Below are positions 26,117-41,206 of a DNA stretch of 64,000 nucleotides, piece by piece. The stretch comes from Eledone cirrhosa. Lineage: Eukaryota. Position 1 is the first letter of the stretch. Every line of letters starts with the position of its first letter. Location of the stretch: NCBI GenBank assembly GCA_964016885.1, contig OZ024747.1:82088001-82152000 (forward strand). The letters are read 5' to 3'. The notes below the pieces were generated by a model. That model searched no databases and had not been told where the DNA came from. It saw only the letters and a list, made by a program, of their open reading frames with translations. The translations under genes were made by a program, and so were the position numbers.

Positions 26117-26688
26117 AACTTTGAATAACTTTGAAATGTTTTGACCAGTATTGGCCCAGGCCATGTCTAACTTAATAGCACCACCTGGCGAAGTCTTTCA
26201 ATTCAGGATTTGGGCACCATGGCCCATTCGAGAAGAGAATTACTGTTTGCGGAGACATATCCGGGTGTGGGTGGTTTGTCCGGGATTACTTGGAGGAATT
26301 TGTCCAAAGACTTCTTGAATTTTGTGTGGTCAGTTTCTGTTTTGACGTGTCCTGGTGTGATGTTGAAGAGAGCAGGGCCGATTGAGGTGAAATAATTGTG
26401 CCGTATTGTTGTTATGAGTTGCGATTTAGATTTTTGAATGGGACGGATAGCACGGGGCCCAATCCTTGGGTGTATCTTGAAGGCGATGCCAACATCATTT
26501 GGGCAGTGATGATGGAACATTTTCCACATCATGCAGATAATATAACGCTCACGGCGACGTTGGAGTGAGTAAAGTTTCAGGTTTTCCAATCGACCCCAGT
26601 AGTCAAGGTCTGACATGCCATCTATCTTTTTCGTGATTGCCCTTTGAGGAGCTTCAAGTTTCATGATACTTTGTTTCGTGTGGGGAGA
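26117..26688 (-). mobile_element. CR1-group LINE 3' fragment
   Basis: LEAPQRAITKKI...DYWGRLENLKLYSLQRRRERY...GPALFN...FKKSLDKFL; short tandem tail (ttcaaagtta)x2; (TA)n on both sides. Confidence 0.85.
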
Positions 26689-26732
26689 CATATATATATG
26701 TATATATATATGTATATATATATTTATATGTA

Positions 26733-26798
<66 letters not shown>

Positions 26799-27947
26799 GT
26801 ATTAGTTATACTATTTATGGTTATGTAAACACAAAACCTTAAGCAGTTGTAAGTATTTTACACACACCCTAAATAGTGGTAGGCAGTAATGTATTACTAC
26901 CTTATTACCAGTAAGTTAAGTAGCTCAATGTAAAAACATCAGATGATTTACAGAGCAGTTATATGAAATATAAAGCTGTTTCCTCCAAACCGAGGTTTGG
27001 ATTCTTCGGAGCAATTTATTAATGCATGGACAGTTATATGACCTCCCCTTCAGCCGAGAGACATACCAATACATATTCAAACATTGATACATATTCAAAC
27101 ATTGTGGGTCAACATTCATTACAGAATTTAGAGTGGCAGTACACACTTCGAGATTACATTTATATTAATAGGTACAATCAAAAATCAAAGATATAGGTTA
27201 AAGTACAACATGAAGATAAGTGGTTATATAGTGCAAATGTTATATGTGTGGCACGCATGTGCGTCTTGTTTATATAGTGTGGCAGAGAGATATGTGTGGT
27301 AGAGGCACTTAGGTAGGTAAATAAGAGTGTTAGGTTGGTAGATCTGGTGGCAAAGTCTTTATATGATTGATATAGTCTGTGTGTGGAGAAATATTATAAG
27401 CATTAAAGATAGTGCAAGCATTAAAAGTGTTATAAGTATTGGAGATGCACAGCGCAGGGATGTCAAGTAATTCATGTACTTCGGTATTTTCATGGTCAAG
27501 GGAGTGTATATTTCGATTATATGCCTTTCACATAATCCACGACAATCCAGTTAGAGGTCGTAGTCTGGTGTTCTTTAGTTCGATACAGGAGGTTGTTACG
27601 TTTCGAGAGACGCCATTGAATACCGGAAGTGTGTGTGTGGCTAAGGGGAGTTAATGCATGCGGGGAGGTAACTCTGGGGTTTCTATATCTAGCCATTAAA
27701 ATGTGTCCCAATATAGACCCTAAATTCTATGGTGAGGTGCACCTTCCAAGAGAGACTTTTAAAGCATAAAGTGTACTAACTATAGAGTAGTTTAACTAAA
27801 TTATGCTGAAGGTGATCATATTATTATTAAGGTGGATTAACCCATCTTAAGGTGCTACAAATGGAAATTATAGATGATGAGCGAGGATTCTAAATTAATG
27901 ATCTCGGTGGTTGTAGTCAGCTCATATGACCAGGCGCGGTGATTGCA

Positions 27948-28271
27948 GGATGCTCCACTTCTAACTGCTTCAAAATTAGATATAACTCGCACATCCACTC
28001 GTACAAAAAGCACAGCCTAGCCAACTCCACCTCACTTTCTAGCTACATACACTATCTAAAATCTAAAAATAAACCATACACACTCAAATGGGAAGTGATA
28101 GGCAGCGCGACCTCGTACAAACCACCTAATAAATTCTGTAACCTCTGTATACTAGAGACACACAATATTATCTTCTCCAACCGTAACCTACTTAACAAAA
28201 AATCTGAGGTGTTTGCAACTTGCCAGCACCGCCTCAGACATTCCTTCCAAAACTTTAAGCCCTATATATAG
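27948..28271 (+). pseudogene. C-terminal part of a PLE GIY-YIG endonuclease
   Basis: FKIRYNSH...STSLSSYIHYLK...LKWEVI...CNLCILE...LLNKKSEVFATCQH, typical of PLE endonuclease C-termini; 5' part cut off by the inversion. Confidence 0.8.
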
Positions 28272-29713
28272 CAATGTCGGACTGGAACCTAACACCACAT
28301 CTAGCATCAAACACCAGAGACACACCCTATACTACATACCCAACACTAGCTGATCCATTATAACACAAACAACGACATCCCTCTGGAACCCTTCGCAGGG
28401 AAAATACCCATTTATACCTCTACGGCAGGTGTGACAACATCCACCCACCTGGACGGCACTACACCGCTCTAAGGGTAATTTGAGCATGAATTGATCGGTT
28501 GGATGGTGTTGGGCAGAGGAAACACCTTCCTTAGACAGATGTAAAATGATTTAATCGAGTAGCGCTGTTGACCAGTAGGACCAGGCTGCTGAGCGCAGTG
28601 AGTGAATGCAATGCAACTGCCGTGCGGGTTGTACGTATATGGATGATCTGACGGTCAGAGAGGGGTCGCGAGGACTGCGGATTGACCTTTGGCCTGCCTG
28701 GGGATGATTATCTTTCGACATCCAATGTAGCAAGCGATGACCCAGATCTTACCAGAGATCATTGGGTCCTGAAGCAATCCTGCAATCACCGCGCCTGGTC
28801 ATATGAGCAGACTACAACCACAGAGATCATTAATTTAGAATCCTCGCTCATCATCTATAATTTCCATTTGTAGCACCTTAAGATGGGTTAATCCACCTTA
28901 ATAATAATATGATCACCTTCAGCATAATTTAGTTAAACTACTCTATAGTTAGTACACTTTATGCTTTAAAAGTCTCTCTTGGAAGGTGCACCTCACCATA
29001 GAATTTAGGGTCTATATTGGGACACATTTTAATGGCTAGATATAGAAACCCCAGAGTTACCTCCCCGCATGCATTAACTCCCCTTAGCCACACACACACT
29101 TCCGGTATTCAATGGCGTCTCTCGCAACGTAACAACCTCCTGTATCGAACTAAAGAACACCAGACTACGACCTCTAACTGGATTGTCGTGGATTATGTGA
29201 AAGGCATATAATCGAAATATACACTCCCTTGACCATGAAAATACCGAAGTACATGAATTACTTGACATCCCTGCGCTGTGCATCTCCAATACTTATAACA
29301 CTTTTAATGCTTGCACTATCTTTAATGCTTATAATATTTCTCCACACACAGACTATATCAATCATATAAAGACTTTGCCACCAGATCTACCAACCTAACA
29401 CTCTTATTTACCTACCTAAGTGCCTCTACCACACATATCTCTCTGCCACACTATATAAACAAGACGCACATGCGTGCCACACATATAACATTTGCACTAT
29501 ATAACCACTTATCTTCATGTTGTACTTTAACCTATATCTTTGATTTTTGATTGTACCTATTAATATAAATGTAATCTCGAAGTGTGTACTGCCACTCTAA
29601 ATTCTGTAATGAATGTTGACCCACAATGTTTGAATATGTATCAATGTTTGAATATGTATTGGTATGTCTCTCGGCTGAAGGGGAGGTCATATAACTGTCC
29701 ATGCATTAATAAA

Positions 29714-29761
29714 TTGCTCCGAAGAATCCAAACCTCGGTTTGGAGGAAACAGCTGTAAGCA
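29714..29761 (+). ncRNA. Minimal hammerhead ribozyme with CCGAAGA core (PLE1)
   Basis: tgct CCGAAGA atccaaacc tc ggtttggag GAAA cagctg TA agca; palindromic stem III. Confidence 0.75.
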
Positions 29762-29799
29762 CAATAATGTTTTGAACAGTTCTTTGATTCTTATATTTC

Positions 29800-29847
<48 letters not shown>

Positions 29848-29985
29848 TATACATATATATACATATATATATATATGTATATATATATTTATATATATTT
29901 ATATGTATATATATATATATATGTATATATATATGTATATATATTTATATGTATATATATATATATATGTATATATATTTATATG

Positions 29986-30016
<31 letters not shown>

Positions 30017-30029
30017 GTATATATATATG

Positions 30030-30066
<37 letters not shown>

Positions 30067-30099
30067 GTATATATATATGTATATATATATGTATATAAT

Positions 30100-31250
30100 A
30101 TAAGATCAAAAGATGGTTAAAGGAGTTCCATATATTTTATTATGCGCATTTCAAAAACAAACATCATCAAGCAATAATATTTGTGTTTTCATCAGATAAA
30201 ACAGGAGAACATGATATGAAGGCTAAAAAACACTTGTGGATAGTGCAGTTTTAAATCAACATATGAAAAGTGGTTTTAGATTGATGTGTGATATTGGGAA
30301 AAATATTTTATTTAGAGAGGGGGGGGGGGAAGGATGAAAAGGGAAGGAGATGAGAGGGAGAGATGGGTGATAGAGAGAAAGAGATAGTTTTTATAACTGA
30401 GAGGAGATATATTTTTTACATAGAGAGGTTGAAAACCGTTGGAAGATACTGTATAAATTAAAAATTTTGAAAATTAACGAAGGGAGGATATGTGCGAGGA
30501 AAAAATATTTTATTTAGGGAGGGGGGGGGGGGTGGAAAGGATGAAAAAAAGGGGGAGGAGATGAGAGTGAAGGTGGAGAGGGAGAGATGGGTGATAGAGA
30601 GAAAGAGATAGTTTTTATAACTGAGAAAAAGATATATTGTTTTAATATAGAGAGGTTGGGAACCGTTGGAAGATAATGTATAAATTAAAGGAATTTGAAA
30701 ATTAACGAAGGGAAATTATGTATGAAGATAGAGAGAAAAAAATAATAATTGTGGGTGAATATTCTAACGTCAAAAAAAGAAATGTATGTATTGTGGCAAT
30801 TTCAAAATTAGCGAAGAGAAAAATTGTTAAGGTTTGTGTGTAGAAGGATTTGAGAAAAATAATGTGAAGTTAAAGTTTGTATATTGATTGAATTGATAAT
30901 ATGTGCGAATAAAGAGTTAATATGTATTAATAATGAGTTCGTTGATGGGGAGAAAAAAATAATAATAAATTAAGGATGAAATTGAGATTAAAAAGATTTA
31001 TGATAGAGAGAAAAAATAATAATGATTGCGGATGAATATTCAAATGTCAAAAACAAATGTTATGATTTTACAAGAAGATAGAATGAGGGTAATGAGTAAA
31101 CGAGTATTATAGAGTGTATAATGCCCTTTAAAGTAAGGTAGATGGGTATATTTTAAAGAGGTGTATGTATATGTGCCTTTGAGAAAAGATTCTAAATTGA
31201 TAAAGAATTAAAATCATAACATTCAATTCTTTATCAGTTTAGAATCTTTT
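30100..31250 (-). mobile_element. Non-coding HHR-bearing element (family H3), TA-flanked, with internal tandem duplication
   Basis: 30100-30250 matches the reverse complement of 63790-63950; 30300-30485 is duplicated at 30500-30715. Confidence 0.6.
30135..30201 (-). ncRNA. Hammerhead ribozyme, type I (family H3)
   Basis: Minus strand: ttttat CTGATGA aaacacaaatattatt gctt gatgatgtttgttttt GAAA tgcgca TA ataaaa. Confidence 0.8.
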
Positions 31251-31268
31251 ATGTATATATCTTTTATG

Positions 31269-31424
<156 letters not shown>

Positions 31425-31440
31425 TGTATATGTATATATA

Positions 31441-32816
31441 TCATCATCATCATCATCATCAACGTTTAACGTCCGTGTTCCACGCTTGCATGGGTTTGGA
31501 CGGGGGTAGTCCCACTTGAGGCAAGAGTGATTGTCTTGCTCGCATAGGACTGTCTGGCAGGTTTTCTACAGTTGGATGCCCTTCCTAACACCAACCACAT
31601 TTACAGTGTGGGTCTGGGAGGTTTTTACCGTGTTGCCTACACGGCCACATTACAGCGTGGACTGTGTGATTTTTTTTGTCGTGACACCTACACGATATCA
31701 TTTGTTTCGGCCTGGATGGCGCGGCACCAACATAACTTTACATAGAACGGGGTGGTGTGGATGGGGTGGGGGTGGTGGTGGTGGGACGGGGTGTATTTTG
31801 TTAGAGATGCCTATTGGCTGGAGTAGGTTTTACTATATATTTAGGTAAGGCGGGTCTTCTCTGTTACTGAGTACCACCAAAGGTCTCGGTCCAGTGACAT
31901 TGTCTTGGAAAGGTGTAAGTGTGTGAGGTCGGAGTTTATCAGCTCGTCCCAGGTTTTTCTAGGTCTGCCTATTCCGTGGCTACCGTCTATCTTTATTGCC
32001 CTGCACTTTGTTATACAGATATCGACTTTCATGCGCATCACGTGTCCATACCAACGTAGCCTTCTCTCGAGTAAACAACATCTGATCCCTCTTATCTCTA
32101 ATTTTTTCCTTAGTTCGTTTATGCTTTGCCGTTCACGTATATTACTGTTACACATCCAGCGGAGCATGCAAGCTTCGTTCCTCTCTAGTCTGCGTATATC
32201 CTCTGCACACGATGCCCAGGTCTCACTGCCATGCAACATTGCTGTTCGTATGCAAGCATCGTACAACCTGCCTTTCATTTTTAGGGAGAACCCTTTAGCA
32301 GCTAATAGTGGTATAAGCTCTCTGAACTTTTCCCAACCAGTTCTGACTCTAGCTACAGTACTTTCAGAGCACCCTCCCCCACTGCTGATTTTATCGCCCA
32401 GGTAACGGAAGCTGTCCACTATTTCTATAGAACCCTCTGCGCAATTGAAAGAGCTAGTATTTTGTGGGCTCTTGCTGCTACTTATTGCACCAGAGCACCG
32501 GCCACATGTAAAATCTATGTTCTTAGTTAGCTTACCTGTGATCCCACTACATCTTTTATGCACCCATACTTTGCATTTAGGACATAAAATGGAGTTTCTA
32601 CCTACGCCTTTCCTACACACCGAGCACGACCATTTCCCAGAAGGGACCGCCGCCTTGTTTTCTTTCCTACAAACTAGAACTTTGGTCTTAGCCAGGTTAA
32701 TTTTAAGTCCTTTTGACTCTAGGCCGTGCTTCCATGTTTGGAATTTCTTCTCTAGCTCGGCCATTGATTCCGCTATGAGTGTCAGGTCGTCTGCGTATAG
32801 AGTTCCCATGGGCAGC
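31441..32816 (-). mobile_element. RTE family A, 5'-truncated copy
   Basis: Near-identical to 21904-23277; (TA)n on both sides. Confidence 0.96.
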
Positions 32817-32847
32817 ATGTATATATATATGTATATATATTTATATG

Positions 32848-32886
<39 letters not shown>

Positions 32887-32991
32887 GTATATATAATATA
32901 TATGTATATATATAATATATATTGTATATATATATATATATGTATATATATATTATATACGTATATATATATATATATTATTATGTAATAT

Positions 32992-33208
<217 letters not shown>

Positions 33209-33217
33209 GTATATATC

Positions 33218-33254
<37 letters not shown>

Positions 33255-33313
33255 GTATATAATATATATATATGTATATATATATATATATGTAATATAT
33301 ATATATTAATATG

Positions 33314-33349
<36 letters not shown>

Positions 33350-33354
33350 TATGG

Positions 33355-33388
<34 letters not shown>

Positions 33389-33447
33389 GTATATATATAT
33401 ACATATGTATAAATATATATATATGTATATATATATATATATGTATA

Positions 33448-33534
<87 letters not shown>

Positions 33535-33702
33535 GTATATATATATATGTATATATATATATGTATATATATATATGTATATATATATATGTATATATAT
33601 ATATGTATATATATATGTATATATATATATGTATATATATATGTATATATATTATATATATATGTATATATATATGTATATATATATGTATATATATATA
33701 TG

Positions 33703-33817
<115 letters not shown>

Positions 33818-33854
33818 TTATGTATATATATATATATGTATTTATATATATATG

Positions 33855-33935
<81 letters not shown>

Positions 33936-33954
33936 GTTATATATATATAATATG

Positions 33955-34019
<65 letters not shown>

Positions 34020-34458
34020 GTATATATATTATATATATGTATATATATATATATGTATATGTATATATATGTATATATATATATATATGGATATATATAT
34101 ATATGTATATGTATATATATGTATAAATATGTATATATATGTATATATAATGTATATATATGTATGTATATATATGTATATATATATATGTATATATATA
34201 TATAAGTATATATATGTATATATATATATAAGTATATATATGTATATATATATATATAAGTATATATATGTATATATATATATATAAGTATATATATGTA
34301 TATATATATATAAGTATATATATGTATATATATATATAAGTATATATATGTATATATATATATAAGTATATATATGTATATATATATATAAGTATATATA
34401 TGTATATATATATATAAGTATATATATGTATATATAATATAATAATGTATATATATAA

Positions 34459-34577
<119 letters not shown>

Positions 34578-34638
34578 TATATATATGTATATATATAATA
34601 TTATATATATATATGTATATATATATTTATATTATATA

Positions 34639-34703
<65 letters not shown>

Positions 34704-34748
34704 CAATATTAAATAAATGGAAAACTATATTTATAAAAACCATATTTA

Positions 34749-34810
34749 TTTCATTATATATATTTCGGGGATATCATATTAACAATATGCTATGCCCTCC
34801 TCAGACAAAA
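34749..34810 (-). ncRNA. Hammerhead ribozyme, type I (family H4)
   Basis: Minus strand: ttttgt CTGAGGA gggcatagcatatt gtt aatatgatatcccc GAAA tatata TA atgaaa. Confidence 0.75.
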
Positions 34811-34869
34811 TACAATATAAACAGTTTTATAGATAAATAGATTCGACATACCGTTATAACACCGACTTG

Positions 34870-34924
34870 CATTTGAAGAGGTTAAGCTGGCAGTTAATAT
34901 GATATCCCCGAAATATATATAATG
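34870..34924 (+). ncRNA. Variant hammerhead motif (TTGAAGA core), outward-facing partner in H4
   Basis: cat TTGAAGA gg...cc GAAA tatata TA atg; stem II is weak. Confidence 0.45.
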
Positions 34925-35060
34925 AAATAAATATGGTTTTATAAATATAGTTTCCATTTATTTAATATTGTAAATATACTCCAAATATTTGTCGAGTGCT
35001 TTTATATCAGTTATAAATATTTACTAGTTGTAACCCAACAATTTTAAATATAACTTTCCA

Positions 35061-35103
<43 letters not shown>

Positions 35104-35128
35104 GTATATATATGTATATATATATATG

Positions 35129-35265
<137 letters not shown>

Positions 35266-35266
35266 G

Positions 35267-35331
<65 letters not shown>

Positions 35332-35334
35332 GTG

Positions 35335-35571
<237 letters not shown>

Positions 35572-35661
35572 GTATATATATATATGTATATTATATATAT
35601 GTATATATATATATATGTATATATATATATGTATATATATATATGTATATATATATATATG

Positions 35662-35706
<45 letters not shown>

Positions 35707-35726
35707 GTATATATATAATTATATAG

Positions 35727-35759
<33 letters not shown>

Positions 35760-35766
35760 GTATATG

Positions 35767-35829
<63 letters not shown>

Positions 35830-35831
35830 GT

Positions 35832-35862
<31 letters not shown>

Positions 35863-35987
35863 GTATATATATATATGTATATATATATGTATATATATAT
35901 ATGTATATATATATATGTATATATATATATATGTATATATATATATGTATATATATATATGTATATATATATATATGTATATATATG

Positions 35988-36034
<47 letters not shown>

Positions 36035-36286
36035 GTATATATATATATGTATAATATATATATGTATATATATATGTTATATATATATATGTATATATAT
36101 ATATATGTATATATATATATGTATATATATATAATATATATATATGTATATATATATGTATATATATATGTATATATATATGTATATATATTATTATGTA
36201 TATATATATATGTATATATATATATATGTATATATATATATGTATATATATATATATTATATATATATATGTATTATATATATATG

Positions 36287-36349
<63 letters not shown>

Positions 36350-36513
36350 GTATATATATGTATATATATATATATGTATATATATGTATATATATGTATA
36401 TATATGTATATATATGTATATATATATATGTATATATATGTATATATATGTATATATATGTATATATATGTATATATATATATATAATATGTATATATAT
36501 ATATATATGTATA

Positions 36514-36572
<59 letters not shown>

Positions 36573-36578
36573 GTATAT

Positions 36579-36613
<35 letters not shown>

Positions 36614-36663
36614 GTATGTATATATATGTATATATATTATATGTATATATATGTATATATATG

Positions 36664-36740
<77 letters not shown>

Positions 36741-36867
36741 GTATTATATATATATGTATATATATATATATGTATATTTATATATATGTATATATATATA
36801 TGTATTATATATGTATATATATATATATAATGTATATATATATATGTATATATATATATGTATATAT

Positions 36868-36909
<42 letters not shown>

Positions 36910-36958
36910 GTATAGATATATATGTATATATATGTATATATATATATGTATATATATG

Positions 36959-36989
<31 letters not shown>

Positions 36990-37008
36990 GTATAGGTATA
37001 TATGTATA

Positions 37009-37057
<49 letters not shown>

Positions 37058-37098
37058 GTATATATATGTATATATATGTATATATATGTATATATATG

Positions 37099-37136
<38 letters not shown>

Positions 37137-37148
37137 TGTATATATATG

Positions 37149-37183
<35 letters not shown>

Positions 37184-37342
37184 GTATATATATATATGTA
37201 TATATATATGTATATATATATATGTATATATATATATATGTATATATATGTATATGTATATATATATGTATATATATATATGTATATATATATATATGTA
37301 TATATATACATATGTATATATATATATGTATATATATATATG

Positions 37343-37389
<47 letters not shown>

Positions 37390-37470
37390 GTATATATATA
37401 TATGTATATATATGTATATATATGTATATATATGTATATATATATATATGTATATATATATATGTATATA

Positions 37471-38604
37471 TCATCATCATCATCATAATTAACGTTTAAC
37501 GTCCGTGTTCCACGCTTCTCTATTACTGAGTACCGCCAAAGGTCTCGGTCCAGTGACATTGTCTTGGAGAGGTGTAAGTGTGTGAGGTCGGAGTTTATCA
37601 GCTCGTCCCAGGTTTTTCTAGGTCTGCCTATTCCGTGGCTACCGTCTATCTTTATTGCCCTGCACTTTGTTATACAGCTATCGACTTTCATGCGCATCAC
37701 GTGTCCATACCAACGTAGCCTTCTCTCGAGTAAACAACATCTGATCCCTCTTATTTCTAATTTTTTCCTTAGTTCGTTTATGCTTTGCCGTTCACGTATA
37801 TTACTGTTACACATCCAGCGGAGCATGCAAGCTTCGTTCCTCTCTAGTCTGCGTATATCCTCTGCACACAATGCCCAGGTCTCACTGCCATGCAACATTG
37901 CTGTTCGTATGCAGGCATCGTACAACCTGCCTTTCATTTTTAGGGAGAACCCTCTAGCAGCTAATAGTGGTATAAGCTCTCTGAACTTTTTCCAACCAGT
38001 TCTGACTCTAGCTACTGTACTTTCAGAGCACCCTCCCCCACTGCTGATTTTATCACCCAAGTAACGGAAACTGTCCACTATTTCTATAGAACCCTCTGCA
38101 TGATTGAAAGAGCTAGTATTTTGTGGGCACTTGCTGCTACTTATTGCACCAGAGCACCGGCCACATGTAAAATCTATGTTCTTAGTTAGCTTACCTGTGA
38201 TCCCTCTACATCTTTTATGCACCCATACTTTGCATTTAGGACATAAAATGGAGTTTCTACCTATGCCTTTCCTACACACCGAGCATGACCATTTCCTAGA
38301 AGGGACCGCCACCTTATTTTCTTTCCTACAAACTAGAACTTTAGTCTTAGCCGGGTTAATTTTAAGGCCTTTTGATTCTAGGCCGTGCTTCCATGTTTGG
38401 AATTTCTTCTCTAGCTCGGCCATTGATTCCGCTATGAGTGTCAGGTCGTCTGCGTGTAGGAGTTCCCATGGGCAGCCGGTCTTGAACTCCTCTGTTATAG
38501 CCTGAAGGGCAATAATAAATAGTAGGGGGCTGAGAACAGAGCCCTGATGGACGCCAACTTTTACGCTAAACTCTTCACTATATTCGTTGTTAATTCTAAC
38601 CTTG
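37471..38604 (-). mobile_element. RTE family A, 5'-truncated copy with 368-nt deletion of stop codon and 3' UTR
   Basis: Matches 22319-23404 joined directly to 21904-21950; (TA)n on both sides. Confidence 0.94.
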
Positions 38605-38641
38605 ATGTATATATATGTATATATATGTATATATATGTATA

Positions 38642-38684
<43 letters not shown>

Positions 38685-39063
38685 GTATATATATGTATAT
38701 ATATATATATGTATATATATGTATATATATGTATATATGTATATATATGTATATATATATGTATATATATGTATATATATATGTATATATATGTATATAT
38801 ATGTATATATATATATATATATGTATATATATGTATATATATATATGTATAAATATATATATGTATATATATATATGTATAAATATATATATGTATATAT
38901 ATATATGTATAAATATATATGTATATATATATGTATAAATATATATATGTATATATATATATGTATAAATATATATATGTATATATATATATGTATATAT
39001 ATATATGTATATATATATATGTATATATATATATGTATATATATATATATGTATATATATATG

Positions 39064-39114
<51 letters not shown>

Positions 39115-39331
39115 GTATATATATATATGTATATATATATGTATATATATATGTATATATATATGTATATATATATATATGTATATATATATGTATATAT
39201 ATATATATGTATATATATATGTATATATATATGTATATATATATATATGTATATATATATGTATATATATATATATATGTATATATATATGTATATATAT
39301 ATGTATATATATATATATGTATATATATATG

Positions 39332-39400
<69 letters not shown>

Positions 39401-39669
39401 GTTTATATATGTATATATATATATGTATATATATGTATATATATATATGTATATATATGTATATATATATATATGTTTATATATGTATATATATATATGT
39501 ATATATATGTATATATATATATGTATATATATGTATATATATGTATATATATGTATATATATATATATATATGTATGTATATATGTATGTATATATATGT
39601 ATATATATGTATATATATGTATATATATGTATATATATATATGTATGTATATATGTATGTATATATATG

Positions 39670-39700
<31 letters not shown>

Positions 39701-39725
39701 GTATATATATATATGTATATATATA

Positions 39726-39791
<66 letters not shown>

Positions 39792-39822
39792 TACATATAT
39801 ATACATACATATATATATATAC

Positions 39823-39894
<72 letters not shown>

Positions 39895-41206
39895 GTATAC
39901 ATATAAATGTATTTATATATATGTAAGTATGTATGTATACGTATATACATATGTATACATATAAATGTATTTATATATATGTAAGTATGTATGTATACGT
40001 ACATACATATATGTATACAGACGCACAGTAGTATGTATATATATACATACATGTACACATATATATATGCACGTATCGGTTTCCCGAACATTTATTATAA
40101 TGCTCGGTTTGTTTGTTTGTAAACAAACAAACAGCCCGAATTACACCGTACAGTGTTTAGGTAACCACATCATCTTTTTGTTCAACACTGACACAGGAAC
40201 GATGTACTAGTTTCAAGCTTATTAGCTTGCACTGAACGTCTGTATACATATATGTATGTACGTATACATACATACATACTTACATTTAAGTAAGTGCCAC
40301 ACTAAGTGTGAGAAATGAAATTTCGTTTCATTCTATTCTATTTATATATATGTATACATATATATACATATGTACACATATAAATGTATTTATATATATG
40401 TATACATATACATATATATATACATATATGTGCATACATGTCTGTGTATGTGTAATGAATAGAAAGATGGAGAAAAAATATCAGAACAAGAAAATTATCA
40501 GAAGTTCCACAGTCAGTTTACAAAAGATATTTTTTTAAAAGGAAACAAATTAGCAAATCAATACTAGTGACGTAAAATTATGGAAAATATATATATAAAT
40601 AATATTTTCTATTTACATTATGTTCTAGATCTAACAATAGAAGAATGGGAAGAAGAAAAATCAAATCACTGAAGAAAAAGGAAATGACAAATTACAGAAC
40701 AGGATACTTGGGTGATAATTCATTGAGCTACTTAATTGTTAAACCAACCATAAGTAATCGGTTGTTGACACCAAAGCCCATGATGAAATCTTAAACACTG
40801 AAGGTTTTCCTGTCCACTGTAGAACAGCTGAACCTTGTTGCTTTTGGAGAATTATTTAGAAACCATTGAAACAAGCAATGAGCGGCGTTTTTTTTTGTAG
40901 AATCTGTGGTCTTGTAAATGGAACAATGAAGTATATATTCTTGGTGTTTAAATGAAATCTAAATACAGGAATTGGTACAGAGTGCAAAGACCATCATCAT
41001 CATCATCATCATCAAAATTATTATCATCATCATCATCAAAATTGTTATCATCATCATTGCCATCATCATCCTATTCACCACCACCACCACCATAACATCT
41101 CCATCATCATCATCCCCACAACCATCATCATCATTAGTATGATCCTTGTCCTCCTCATCATCATAATTATCATTCATTGTCATTATCATCATTTATCATA
41201 TTATCA

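Larger units (their letters stand above)
26974..29805 (+). mobile_element. Penelope-like element 1, 5'-truncated, with ~980-bp inverted duplication
   Basis: 26974-27951 is the reverse complement of 28777-29754 (about 3 mismatches seen); GIY-YIG C-terminus at 27948-28271; hammerhead at the 3' end; tail runs into (TA)n. Confidence 0.88.

Noticed and set aside
28736-28773. SECIS element in PLE1
   Set aside because: No apical AA at the expected spacing after AUGA, and no in-frame TGA in the visible ORF fragment
27439-29289. Mirror-image short ORFs in the PLE1 arms
   Set aside because: Duplicated only because of the inverted repeat; no recognisable protein features
36744-38423. 559-aa ORF
   Set aside because: Truncated RTE that lost its stop codon and reads into the microsatellite
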